A DNA stretch of 64,000 nucleotides from an uncultured Gammaproteobacteria bacterium (GTDB lineage: Bacteria; Patescibacteriota; Patescibacteriia; UBA11705; DATKZF01), in contig CAYPKD010000003.1 of NCBI GenBank assembly GCA_964411255.1, positions 16,477-80,476 on the forward strand, given 5' to 3'. Position 1 is the first letter of the stretch; the number at the start of each line of letters is the position of its first letter. The notes beneath the pieces are model-generated. The model saw nothing but the letters and a program-made list of their open reading frames with translations, ran no database searches and was not told the DNA's origin. The translations under genes and the position numbers were made by a program. Shown in pieces: positions 21,897-32,386 of this stretch.

Positions 21897-22759
21897 AGGC
21901 CTAAAAGTTTCTGCGCATTTTTATAGAAAATTTTTCCTTTTTCTTCTTCTGATAATCCTAGCATTTTAATCAAATCAACTGAATCTTGATATGACTGAAT
22001 TGGAAAATCTGTGCCAAACATTAGACGGTCAATGCCTTGTGGCAATTGTAAAAATTTTATTATTTCTCTTTTCAAAAGCTGCCGATAATCTGGGTTGTCT
22101 TCTTCTGTGTCAGATAAAAATTGCCCAGACATATCTGTATGAACATTTTCACATTCTGCCATTAGCTGCCGCAGATCTTTAAAATAAGGATTTGCCAAAT
22201 GACTTAATACAAATGTAACATCTGGAAAACTCTGAGCTGCTTTTCGCATTTGTTCTGGGTGAGAAAGATGCTGCAGCCTGTCAAGCCAACAAAAATCATT
22301 GTTGCATTTTAAATCACCCTTTTCCCGCTTTTCTCTGCTGCAGCAGTGATGAAGCTCGCCCGTATGAAACATTACTGGTAATCCAAAACGTTGAGCCAGC
22401 TCATAAATCAGGAACACTTTTTCATCTGAAGCTTTAAAATTCTGATAGCCTGGGTAAAGCTTTATCCCAGCGATCAATTTCTTTTCAGCTAATGCTTCCA
22501 ATTCTCTCAAGCCTGCTTGAAAATTATTCATTATATCTAAACTGCCAAACATGCAAAACAAGCCATTGCCAGCAATTCTGGCCAGCAATTCTTGATTTGT
22601 CAGGCCAGTTTTTTTAAATGGAAAATAAGTTGCCATCAACACAATTTTACAAATTCCAAACTTTTCTGCTAACCTTTCTAAATCTTCAATTGTTGCTGAA
22701 TCTGTATGCAAACCCCATAATTTATGGTTTGAAGTGTGGGCATGGCAATCAATGATCAT
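21893..22759 (-). CDS. Amidohydrolase_2 family metal-dependent hydrolase
   Basis: IIDCHAH, GIKLYPGY, FHTG, SH, FGTDFP. Confidence 0.92.
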   Translation of the reverse strand: MIIDCHAHTSNHKLWGLHTDSATIEDLERLAEKFGICKIVLMATYFPFKKTGLTNQELLARIAGNGLFCMFGSLDIMNNFQAGLRELEALAEKKLIAGIKLYPGYQNFKASDEKVFLIYELAQRFGLPVMFHTGELHHCCSREKREKGDLKCNNDFCWLDRLQHLSHPEQMRKAAQSFPDVTFVLSHLANPYFKDLRQLMAECENVHTDMSGQFLSDTEEDNPDYRQLLKREIIKFLQLPQGIDRLMFGTDFPIQSYQDSVDLIKMLGLSEEEKGKIFYKNAQKLLGL

Positions 22760-22865
22760 GGCGCTCCTCCCTTATTTTCAATGAACAACTCATAATATCA
22801 TATTTATTTCATATATTCAAATGAAATTTTAAAAATGAAAAAAGCAGATTTGATCTGCTTATATT

Positions 22866-23717
22866 TTAAACTTTTAACCTATTGAACATCATAAATAATT
22901 TGTCATCCAAGGATTCTAAATACCACTTGCCATATTTTCCATTTTCAAGATTATAAATCAAAATGTCTGGCAAATCCTGCTCTATTTCATCTGACCAGGA
23001 GGCTGCGGCTAAAGCAATGGTGGCCACTGTATCAACATCGCCAGTAAAAGCAATGCAATTTTTGAGCAAAGAGCTCATGCTTTTACATTCCTTAATAGCA
23101 GTAATTGCAGCCTTTACGCTCATCCAGCCTTTTGAACCCACTGGTTCATCATATGACTTATCCCATGACCCAGGGATATGTTTGTCTAAAAACTTGCCAA
23201 GATCCATTTTTCTTCCCTTCCTATAAAAGAAATAATGAACCATTAATGCTGCTGCCTGAGCAGCAGTAATTCCGTTTTTCGTATTATGTGTCACCTTTGC
23301 CTGAATTCTAGCTCTTGATAAAACCTCATCAATGGTTGGGAATAATCCGATCGGCCCAGCTCTCATCGCTGCTCCGCTTTTATCACTTTCTGGCCTGATA
23401 TTGGCCATGAATTCTTTACCGCTTTTAACACTTTTTAAAAATTGGAAAAAGCCCCTAGCATAGCCCTGCCTAATATCCCGGTGAAAAACTGTTACAAATT
23501 TATGGGCAATATTTTCAGCTGACCAAATCCCATCCTCAATTATCAGCTCAGCAACAGCAATGGCCATCTGAGCATCATCAGTATACCTACCTGGCTTAAT
23601 ATCATGCAATTGATGCCGATAATATTGGCTTAAATCATTATTTTTATGTACAAACTCTTCAGGTGAATATTCAAATCCTGCGCCATAAGCATCGCCAATT
23701 GCCAGTTCAACAAGCAT
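22866..23717 (-). CDS. ADP-ribosylglycohydrolase family protein
   Basis: AIGDAYG, YTDDAQM, GAAMR, TH, GDVDTVA. Confidence 0.93.
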   Translation of the reverse strand: MLVELAIGDAYGAGFEYSPEEFVHKNNDLSQYYRHQLHDIKPGRYTDDAQMAIAVAELIIEDGIWSAENIAHKFVTVFHRDIRQGYARGFFQFLKSVKSGKEFMANIRPESDKSGAAMRAGPIGLFPTIDEVLSRARIQAKVTHNTKNGITAAQAAALMVHYFFYRKGRKMDLGKFLDKHIPGSWDKSYDEPVGSKGWMSVKAAITAIKECKSMSSLLKNCIAFTGDVDTVATIALAAASWSDEIEQDLPDILIYNLENGKYGKWYLESLDDKLFMMFNRLKV

Positions 23718-23868
23718 ACTACCTCCTTTTTCGCATATTGGGATCCATATAACTTATCATTTGATTCAATTTTTGTCAATAAATTACTACCAGCAATATT
23801 GGTAGTTTTTTATCTTGCAGGCTATGCCTACTATATCTTTTTATTTTTATCAACGCTTATACTCGTTT

Positions 23869-24008
23869 ATAGCATCGGGGTCTGGGGGGCTCATTGCCCA
23901 TGGCAAGATGTAAAAAAACGTAATCATTACTTCGCATTTGAGCCCCCCAGAACTTTTTGCCTACTTTTTGGTTACAAAAAGTAGGTCGGCGTAAGCCGAA
24001 ATTGAAAA
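23869..24008. repeat. ~140-bp MITE/REP-like element, copy 2
   Basis: Direct repeat of 20429-20568. Confidence 0.85.
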
Positions 24009-24149
24009 GAATTATAGCAATCTGAAAAAACTGCGTTATAAAACAAAGTCGATGCCTTTAAACTCTTGCCAGTAAAAACTTCAGTGAAGGATGGCACACT
24101 CCAATTGACGCTGTTTTTTCCTTTAATAAAAAACCTGGCTTTATGTAAG

Positions 24150-26453
24150 TCAGGTTAATTTATAATAAATGGTTTCATTTTCACCATCAAATTCTGTTCT
24201 TAAATACTGAATGTAACACATTTTACCATCTAATTGAATCACTGTGTATTTAGCATATGCATCAATAAATTCAAATTCCTTTTTCTTCATTTTGCAATGA
24301 ATAGCAAGGCTTGCTTCTGGAGTACTAAATCTCATTACTCTACCAGAAATAATTTCTTCTGTTTCTTCATCTAATAGAACAACTCGAGTTTTTCCAGAAA
24401 CAAAATCAATTTGCTGCCAAGCATATATTTGCTGAATTTCATCAAATGTCAAAATCCTTTCAACACCTGAGGCTGCATATTGCTTAAAAGTTCGATAATT
24501 ATTATCCTTTACTGCATTTCGAATTATTTCTCCCCAGGATTTATGATCATAATGATCGCCTTCAAAGGCAAAGACTGATCTTTGATCATAAATCTGAAAT
24601 TCATCAAACATTTGCCATACTTCTGGATTGCCTGATGCCACACCCACGATATTTTCCCGTTCTGGCATCATTGTAAAATGCATTCGCAGTTCATTATGTG
24701 TTTCATAAAACGGCGTTAGCATAAAACAAAAATCTTCTTCAGTAAAACCTTTATCAAATAGCGACTGGCCAACCATTTTCATTACCAGCCATTTGGGAAT
24801 GGGGTCCCGGTCAGTAATGGTATATGACCGCTGAATTGAAATTTTTACAAAAAATCCCAATTCCAGCAAACGAGAAATGTATTCAATATGACCTTTGTGC
24901 GGTATACCCATCCGAGCTGGGAATAAAATAATATTCTTTTTCTTTGAACGTTTGTTCTCTCTTCCCTTTTGCCAAATGGTCATTTTTTTTGGACCATTCA
25001 ACATATCTATTAATTTTTCCAAACTAATTCTATCTGCTGGATTTTTGCAAACCATCTTTTTAATTATTTCTAACCGACTATCTCCAAGCTTTTCAGCTAA
25101 ATTATGCCTATAAGGCAAAACAATGTTTGGCCAAACATACTTTAGTGCAGCACTTTGCTGATATGAATCGCCCTCAACCAACTTTTTCTCAATCATAAAC
25201 GGATGCTTTGCTTCAATGAGCATGTGAAACAATACTCCCAGCTGGAAAACATCACTTTGCTTTGACGCTCGGAAATATGTTCCAACTTCTGGAGGAACAA
25301 ATCTAGCATCAAATGGATAAGAATCCACTTCTGTCTGCCCGTCTTTTAGTATTCGCGATACACCAAAGTCAAGAATCTGTACATCCTGACCGTTAAACAA
25401 TACATTTTCCGGCTTAAGATCAAGGTAAAGCACATCATTTTCATGTAGCCAAGCAAGCTTTTCAGCGATTTTTCTGATAATAAAACAAACTTGGTCAACT
25501 GACAGCTGATTTCCAGGTTTAACATAGTCTGACAAAGGCTGGCCAAAGTGAATTGACTGCTTGATAAATGCCAGATCATCTGTAATCTGAATTCTTCCAT
25601 AATGCCTGGGAAGAAAATCAGTTCTGCGCAAATGCTCGTAAACTTTGTCTTCATTATCAAAAATGTCACCTAAAATATTATCATTATAATCAAGAAGTTC
25701 CTTAAAAATTTTAATAATGCCATCTGAATCCATTGCCAAATATACATAACTGCATCTGCGAACATTATTAATTCCAGCCTGCAGCCTTTTTAGCACAACA
25801 ATTTTATTTTGATGGCAATATTCAAAGAATAATTGCTCTACATCTATTTCTGCTTCTTTTTTGACAAAAATATCTTGTTTTATTGCCAACTGATAGAGCA
25901 ATTTCTTTCTCTCACGTGACATAACCTTATCTTCTAAGCAATCTTCTAATACTTGCGTCCAAAATATATTTGGCACAAAATATTTTTCTACAATCATTTC
26001 AATGAATTTAATATCATCATCATTAATGAAATTAAATTGCTGGCAAACAGCATCAATATACATATCAAACCATTTAACACCAAATGATTTGAACCAATCT
26101 GCATAATCTTCCACTTTTAACGAACCAATGTCTTCTCTGTGGCCAATCTGCTTTATCTGCCAGACAGATCGTATCTGACCATAAAGCTTTGCTAATCGCA
26201 AGACATTTTCCATTGAATCCCAGTCTCGCAAATGTTCAAAACATTTGATTGCATAATAAAGCTCTCTTCTATCCATGATTAGAGAACATAAATGAGCTCT
26301 GGCAATCAAATCTCCAGCCAGTCTTTTATCTTCAGCTGTATTAAGGTCAATTACAATCTGCTTATAAGCTTGCCTAAGGTTCGAAAGGCTCCCTTCCTGG
26401 TCAATTTCAACCATTTTGGAAAAGAGCATTTGCATTATCTGTTGTATTTTCAT
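24150..26453 (-). CDS. Ser/Thr kinase-like domain fused to a C-terminal HxGH nucleotidyltransferase domain
   Basis: Kinase: IKIFKE, YLDLKPEN, DFG, PPE, SDVFQLG, NPADR; then ILFPARMGIPHKGH resembling NMNAT/cytidylyltransferase-like fold; helical N-terminus. Confidence 0.85.
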   Translation of the reverse strand: MKIQQIMQMLFSKMVEIDQEGSLSNLRQAYKQIVIDLNTAEDKRLAGDLIARAHLCSLIMDRRELYYAIKCFEHLRDWDSMENVLRLAKLYGQIRSVWQIKQIGHREDIGSLKVEDYADWFKSFGVKWFDMYIDAVCQQFNFINDDDIKFIEMIVEKYFVPNIFWTQVLEDCLEDKVMSRERKKLLYQLAIKQDIFVKKEAEIDVEQLFFEYCHQNKIVVLKRLQAGINNVRRCSYVYLAMDSDGIIKIFKELLDYNDNILGDIFDNEDKVYEHLRRTDFLPRHYGRIQITDDLAFIKQSIHFGQPLSDYVKPGNQLSVDQVCFIIRKIAEKLAWLHENDVLYLDLKPENVLFNGQDVQILDFGVSRILKDGQTEVDSYPFDARFVPPEVGTYFRASKQSDVFQLGVLFHMLIEAKHPFMIEKKLVEGDSYQQSAALKYVWPNIVLPYRHNLAEKLGDSRLEIIKKMVCKNPADRISLEKLIDMLNGPKKMTIWQKGRENKRSKKKNIILFPARMGIPHKGHIEYISRLLELGFFVKISIQRSYTITDRDPIPKWLVMKMVGQSLFDKGFTEEDFCFMLTPFYETHNELRMHFTMMPERENIVGVASGNPEVWQMFDEFQIYDQRSVFAFEGDHYDHKSWGEIIRNAVKDNNYRTFKQYAASGVERILTFDEIQQIYAWQQIDFVSGKTRVVLLDEETEEIISGRVMRFSTPEASLAIHCKMKKKEFEFIDAYAKYTVIQLDGKMCYIQYLRTEFDGENETIYYKLT

Positions 26454-26526
26454 TTGCTGCCCCTTTCCGCAATTGATTGGCCATTAAAAAACCGCGCTGA
26501 ATTTGGCCAGCACAGTTTATTTCATA

Positions 26527-27549
26527 TTAGACTAAGATTCTATCCATCAAATCTCCGACTTCATCTTCTGGTTTTTCTAAATATTTGCCAAAACGCCTGA
26601 TCGCTTCATGCGCCCGCTGCAAAGTTTCACGGCCAAAGACCGGATCTGCAAGCCATTTTTCATAGAGCAGACTGAGAAACATCTCAACAGTCTGAAATCC
26701 CTGATGCCTGGCAATGAGGAAAAGCAAAGCGTTTCCAGTGATTGCCATCCGGTGTTCAGCTTCTCTGATTTTTGAAAGATCGATCAGATCAAACTTTGCT
26801 CTGTCATCTTTCAAAAATTTAGCCTGCATTTCTCCAATTCTTCTGCTCGGACTACAGCCAACCACTTCAAATGAAGTAAAAGTTTGCTGCACCCGCTTGA
26901 CTGATTCTTTCCAATCCCGATGAAACGGACAGCCGTCATCGCCTGACATGCCCATTCCATGAGCAACAACATCAGTAACCAAGTATAGATGCTTTTCTTC
27001 AGCCTCACCAAAGTTAATGTCACATGCAGCCCAAAGGGCGCATTCAATAGCTTCTGGCGGATCGCCACCATCAGCATTTTGAATATGCCGAATGCTCGAA
27101 TGAAGAATTTTATCACCTTCTTCATCAGGCGAAACAAAATCAACTTCTTGCATGATACGATCATCATCACAATGATCGCTAAAATAAACAAAAGCAATCT
27201 GCGAATCACTGTCAATTGATTTCAAAAAAGCGGTCAAATATCCAGAGCTGGCCTTTAGATGGTCAGAAATTGTTCTATTTGAACCTGAATTATCAATCAA
27301 TACAACATGAATTCTTTTAATACCAGGGGCTGGCTTGGTGATTTTAAGCTTTACCAAATTTTGGTCATAAACCGAACTGGTATCTCTTTTAACTCTCGGC
27401 CGTGCTTCATGAACCCTGGCCTTTGAAGTGGCAATTCTTTCTCTTCGATCGTCCCAGGCTCTGTCCCTGGCACGTCTATCATCACTGAAAAGTCCTCTAC
27501 TGCCTCTTTCAAAACTTGATCTATAAGATCTTCTAACGCCTCCACTCAT
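26527..27549 (-). CDS. von Willebrand factor A domain protein
   Basis: MIDAS-like LIDNSGS, GGDPPEA, LVTD; start MSGGVRR at 27549 after GGAGG. Confidence 0.82.
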   Translation of the reverse strand: MSGGVRRSYRSSFERGSRGLFSDDRRARDRAWDDRRERIATSKARVHEARPRVKRDTSSVYDQNLVKLKITKPAPGIKRIHVVLIDNSGSNRTISDHLKASSGYLTAFLKSIDSDSQIAFVYFSDHCDDDRIMQEVDFVSPDEEGDKILHSSIRHIQNADGGDPPEAIECALWAACDINFGEAEEKHLYLVTDVVAHGMGMSGDDGCPFHRDWKESVKRVQQTFTSFEVVGCSPSRRIGEMQAKFLKDDRAKFDLIDLSKIREAEHRMAITGNALLFLIARHQGFQTVEMFLSLLYEKWLADPVFGRETLQRAHEAIRRFGKYLEKPEDEVGDLMDRILV

Positions 27550-27734
27550 TTTTTTCCTCCTTCGTTTGGCATGAGTGAGATTGACTGCTAAAACTGGCCA
27601 ATACCAGTTATGTTTGATGTAAAAGAACATTATCATAATTTAACATTGAAATCAAAATTTGTCAATCTCAACACTGTTAAAAATGCTTGTTTTTTAGGCA
27701 AAAAATTGCTAAAATATACATAATTCCACTCTTT

Positions 27735-29255
27735 ATGAAAACTTTTTTTAAAAAAAATAAATTTCAAATAATCTTATTTATTATCTTTATAATATCAGCT
27801 GTCTTTTTTAGCTCTCATTATTTAATTAACTGGGATGCAGGGCAATTTGCTTTAGGAACTCAAAATTATGATTTAAATAATCATCAGCCACACACGCCTG
27901 GCTATTTTTTGTTTGTAAAAGGAGCGCAAGTGCTTAATTATATAATTGGAAACATAAACATTTGTTTTATTATTATAAATTTAATTGCCGGAGCTTTGGC
28001 AATTTATTTTTTGTACAAATTAATTGTTTTAATTTCGCAAAACAAAAAAACTTCCTTTATTATAACTTTATTATTTATTGTTAATCCTGTCTTTTGGTAT
28101 TATCACAATATTGCCAATACTTATATCTTTGAGTCTTTGGCAATAATTTTAACTTCTCTTTTTACTTACAAATCGTTTTTAGGACATAAAAACTCTCTCA
28201 TTTATAATTTAGGATTAATTGCTGTTCTAATGGGATTTCGGCCTTCCATAATTATTGTAACTTTGCCGCTTTTAATCATTCAATTCATTTTTGCAAAACA
28301 AAAATTAAAAAATTTTTTACTCGGCTTTTTAATTTTTGTAATTCTGTTTGCTGTCTGGTTTATTCCTTTTATAAATATAATTGGCTTTGATAATTTTATT
28401 GATATAACAAAAAACCAGCTTCAAGTCAGCTCAGAAGCATTCTCCCAAAAATCCCAAATCGTTTTTTTAATAAAAAGTATTTTATTATCTCTAAATGTTT
28501 TAATTTTGCTCTTATTAATTAGAATTAAGAAAAATTTTAAATTTTTAAAAGATAAAAAACTTTTTTACTTTTTAATTCCAGCTCTTATCACTCTTTTATT
28601 TTATACATTTGTGCATATAGGTGAGGTTGGATATATTTTGTCAATCATTCCGCTCTTTTATTTATTTATAATTTTGCCGATTCAATATTTTTCAAAAAAA
28701 TCTTGGGGAATTGTTTTTATAATCCTAATTTTGATTCTACAAATTTCTATTTTCATTTGGCCACAAACAATTTTTAAAGATAATAAAATTGAAAAACTTA
28801 ATTATTTATCTATAAAAAAACATGATCAGAGAATTTATAATTATAAAAAACTACTGTACTCACAATATTTATACAAAACGACCTTAATATTAGTTTTACG
28901 TGGGCAATACCTGGATGAGCAACAAAATATTCAGTCATATGAATACGATGATATAAGAGTTTTAGGTTATTATTTACCTGATTACAATTTGTATGATTTT
29001 TCAGGCGTAACGTCTGAATACTCTGTAATTGGAGGATTTAAAACTGAAAAATACTTTACAAATCAAATTAAGATTATTCCGAATAATACGGATAAAATTG
29101 TAATTATTGCTGATTATATAAATCCAATTGATTATCCAGATGAGTTTGAAATTGAGGAAAAACAAATTCCTCAAACAAATCAAATGTATTATACTGGTAA
29201 TATAGCTGAAATTGATAAATTTGAATTCAAGGGATTCTTTTTTAACAAAAGATAA
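27735..29255 (+). CDS. Multi-TM GT-C-like glycosyltransferase
   Basis: NWDAGQFALG..HQPHTPGY first-loop motif, ~10 TM segments. Confidence 0.7.
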   Translation: MKTFFKKNKFQIILFIIFIISAVFFSSHYLINWDAGQFALGTQNYDLNNHQPHTPGYFLFVKGAQVLNYIIGNINICFIIINLIAGALAIYFLYKLIVLISQNKKTSFIITLLFIVNPVFWYYHNIANTYIFESLAIILTSLFTYKSFLGHKNSLIYNLGLIAVLMGFRPSIIIVTLPLLIIQFIFAKQKLKNFLLGFLIFVILFAVWFIPFINIIGFDNFIDITKNQLQVSSEAFSQKSQIVFLIKSILLSLNVLILLLLIRIKKNFKFLKDKKLFYFLIPALITLLFYTFVHIGEVGYILSIIPLFYLFIILPIQYFSKKSWGIVFIILILILQISIFIWPQTIFKDNKIEKLNYLSIKKHDQRIYNYKKLLYSQYLYKTTLILVLRGQYLDEQQNIQSYEYDDIRVLGYYLPDYNLYDFSGVTSEYSVIGGFKTEKYFTNQIKIIPNNTDKIVIIADYINPIDYPDEFEIEEKQIPQTNQMYYTGNIAEIDKFEFKGFFFNKR

Positions 29256-29258
29256 GAC

Positions 29259-29294
29259 CACCCACCCCCACCCCCTCCCTACAAGGGAGGGGAG
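29259..29294. repeat. REP-like palindromic element
   Basis: CACCCACCCCCACCCCCTCCCTACAAGGGAGGGGAG GC-rich hairpin in AT-rich intergenic DNA. Confidence 0.6.
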
Positions 29295-29509
29295 TAATGC
29301 GCTACCGCGCAAGTGGGTTCGTCGTCAGCCCAACAAGTTGGGCATCCTTCTCACCCTTTTTACATTTGTAATTATTTGCCTACACTGAACAAAGCCAAAG
29401 AATAATAAAAAAATCATCCAGATCTTGTAGAAGGACACCATATTTTTACTTTTTTCAGCCAAAGGCTGATCCGCCTTAGGCGGACATTTTTACTTTTTAA
29501 TATTTTATT

Positions 29510-30667
29510 ATGCCGCATTCAAGACATCATACATTTACCAATTTTTTTAAAAACAAGGAAATCAACTCCATGTACATTACAATGGCCCTAAATAGTATTG
29601 CTGAAAATTTGATTGCTATTTTCGTGCCGATTTATTTATGGCAGCTTGGATATTCAATCATTCAAATATTATTATTTTTTACGCTTTGGGCCATTTACTG
29701 GATACTGGTCTCTCCTCTGGTGGTTAAATTAATTAGTATTAAAGGAGAGAAACATACAATCTTTTATTCAAGTTTTTTTCTAATACTTTATTATTTAGGA
29801 TTATATTATATTGAGAGTTGGCCATGGCTTTTTTATTTGCTGCCTTTATTTGCGGCCAGCCGGGCATGTTTCTTCTGGATAGGCTGGCATGTGAACTTTG
29901 TTGAGCATGCTGATAGAAAAAGACAAGGCAGAGAAATCGCATTAATCCAGGGAATAGCCGTTCTGGCCAATTTTATTACGCCTCTTGTCGGTGGATCTAT
30001 TATTTTTTGGCTTGGGTGGCAATATGCTTTTATCATTGCGTCAATCGTTTTATTTTTCTCTGTCTGGCCCTTGCTACGAACCAAGGATACTCCTGAAAAA
30101 ATTAACTTTAATGTCAAACAAATTATAAAATGGATTTTTAATAAAAAACATTGGCGGATGAATTTATCATTTTTCGGATATGCGACAGAAGCAGCCATTG
30201 GCCGAGCATTGTGGCCCGTTTTCATTTTAGTTATTATTGGCAGTATTAACAAAGTCGGTGCTATTATTTCATTTTCAATGATAGCCTCAATGATTGTTTT
30301 ATATTTTATTGGTAAATTAACTGATAAAATGTCCAGGAGAAAAATCATTAAAGGTGCTACTGTTTTCTATGTTATTGGCTGGATTGGCAGAATATTTGCA
30401 GATTCAACTGGTTTTGTCTTTGGAATAGATACTTATAAAAATATTGCCGGTAAGGCAATAGATGTGCCATGGAGTTCAAGAATATATGATCTGGCTAAAA
30501 AGGAAAAATATTTCGAATTTATTGTGGCCAAAGAAATAATTTTTAGATTGTCCAGAATTTTAGTTCTGCCAATTTTAATGCTGCTTTTTTGGCAATTTGG
30601 GTTTGTTGCCTTTTTTATCAGTTTTGGAATAGCAGCAGTGCTGTCATTATTATATATGAGTTTGTAA
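29510..30667 (+). CDS. MFS transporter
   Basis: ~12 TM helices, IGKLTDKMSRRK motif-A-like loop. Confidence 0.85.
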   Translation: MPHSRHHTFTNFFKNKEINSMYITMALNSIAENLIAIFVPIYLWQLGYSIIQILLFFTLWAIYWILVSPLVVKLISIKGEKHTIFYSSFFLILYYLGLYYIESWPWLFYLLPLFAASRACFFWIGWHVNFVEHADRKRQGREIALIQGIAVLANFITPLVGGSIIFWLGWQYAFIIASIVLFFSVWPLLRTKDTPEKINFNVKQIIKWIFNKKHWRMNLSFFGYATEAAIGRALWPVFILVIIGSINKVGAIISFSMIASMIVLYFIGKLTDKMSRRKIIKGATVFYVIGWIGRIFADSTGFVFGIDTYKNIAGKAIDVPWSSRIYDLAKKEKYFEFIVAKEIIFRLSRILVLPILMLLFWQFGFVAFFISFGIAAVLSLLYMSL

Positions 30668-30670
30668 TTT

Positions 30671-32386
30671 ATGGAATTATCAATCACAACTTTGCAGATT
30701 ATTGGAGGAGCAAAAATAATGCTCTTTATTTTTGTGTTTTTATTAGTACTATTTATTTGGAAAAAAGCTAAACCCTGGATGTATTTGATAATAATTACCG
30801 CTGCTGTCGCTGGTTTTTATTATTTATTATCAGATTCCATGCAAAAAATGTTCTGGGCAAATAATGGTGATGAAGTATTTATATTTTCATTTTTAACTAA
30901 AGTATTGGCTGGTGATTATTTTACAGATTTTTATTATTCCCATTTGCCTCCATTTTATCCTCCCCTATATTTTTGGATTACAGGCACAGTAGCAAAAATT
31001 TTTACAGCTAACGGGATCATGGCTGCCAGAATTGGTACTTTTTTAACATTGTTAGTTTGGTTTATTGGTCCATACTTTTTCCAAAAATTATTTTGGCTAT
31101 TTGACCCAAAAAAAGAAAAACCCTCCATTATAAAATCCAAATGGTTTTGGTTATTGACTCCGATTATATTTTTTTTATCTGTAGACTTTGATGCCATAAT
31201 TTTAAAACCATATGAAACGCTGCCTGCGCTTTTATGCGTTTTACTAATTGGATTTATTGCTCAAAGTTTTGACTGGGATAAATGGTCTTGGAAAAACTAC
31301 ATTTTTATAGGCATAAGCGGCGGACTTTTATTTTTAACTTATTATTTCTGGTGGTTTATTTTAATCCCAGCAATATTTACTCTGGCATTACTTTCAGAAT
31401 ACAAATCAAAAAATATTTTGAGAATAATTTTATTTGGTTTAATTATTTTTATTATTTCAAGTCCTTATTTAATTCCTTTGCTGAAATCATACATAGAATT
31501 TGGAATGGAAAACTGGCAGGCAGCTTATTTTGTCCCACCTGACCTGTCAACATTTGTTCCCTGGTTTGATTTAAATTTAAAATCAATCATTCTAATTATC
31601 GGACTTATTGGACTTATCTGGTTTAGACGAAAAAAATTTATAAAAGCAAGTCTGGTTACTTTTGTATTTGCTTTTATTTATCAATTAATAAATGTATTAA
31701 TTTTCGCTTTTGGTGCAAAGCCAGCTCAAGCAGCAAAGCCGTTTTTATTTTTAGGTACAGCTTGTCTGACAATTGGCGCAGCATATTTAACAATTTATTT
31801 ATTTCAAAAATATACTGCAAAGCTTGAACTTAAATATCAAAAATCAATTGCGCTGATTTTAATTCTGCTTTTTATTCCATTAATGCCTTTTGTTAGATTC
31901 GTTGATGATCCTGTTGTTCAAAATCAAATTGAAAAAGATTTGAAAATTCCTGAAATAAAACCTCTGGCAGATTTTATAAAACAAAATATTGATTTCCAAG
32001 ACAGAATTTGGCTTTCAAGTGGCGCTCCTGAAATTAATGCATATATCCCATTAACCTATTATATTGCGCATAATCCTCATTTTAGCCATCATGCTGCTAA
32101 TTATTCAAAACGATTTACTGAAATTGAAAATATGACTCAAGCCCAGACGGCTGATAAATTTATGCAAATAATTCAGCAGGGACAGCCTCAAAAAATTGAC
32201 AGTCTCATATTATATTTTGATAAAACAACTAATACTTATCCATTATTTTTCTGGTCTGATAATTATCCAAATGGAGGCAAAGAACTTCGGCTTGATCTAC
32301 CTAAAAATTTAATTGATGAAAAATATTGGCAAAAGGTTTATAATGAAGATGAGTGGTATATTTTCATAAAAAAATATGAAAAATGA
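30671..32386 (+). CDS. Arabinofuranosyltransferase AftA-like GT-C membrane protein
   Basis: GDEVF..DFYYSHLPPFYPPLYFWITG, KPYE, HFSH motifs recall actinobacterial AftA. Confidence 0.7.
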   Translation: MELSITTLQIIGGAKIMLFIFVFLLVLFIWKKAKPWMYLIIITAAVAGFYYLLSDSMQKMFWANNGDEVFIFSFLTKVLAGDYFTDFYYSHLPPFYPPLYFWITGTVAKIFTANGIMAARIGTFLTLLVWFIGPYFFQKLFWLFDPKKEKPSIIKSKWFWLLTPIIFFLSVDFDAIILKPYETLPALLCVLLIGFIAQSFDWDKWSWKNYIFIGISGGLLFLTYYFWWFILIPAIFTLALLSEYKSKNILRIILFGLIIFIISSPYLIPLLKSYIEFGMENWQAAYFVPPDLSTFVPWFDLNLKSIILIIGLIGLIWFRRKKFIKASLVTFVFAFIYQLINVLIFAFGAKPAQAAKPFLFLGTACLTIGAAYLTIYLFQKYTAKLELKYQKSIALILILLFIPLMPFVRFVDDPVVQNQIEKDLKIPEIKPLADFIKQNIDFQDRIWLSSGAPEINAYIPLTYYIAHNPHFSHHAANYSKRFTEIENMTQAQTADKFMQIIQQGQPQKIDSLILYFDKTTNTYPLFFWSDNYPNGGKELRLDLPKNLIDEKYWQKVYNEDEWYIFIKKYEK

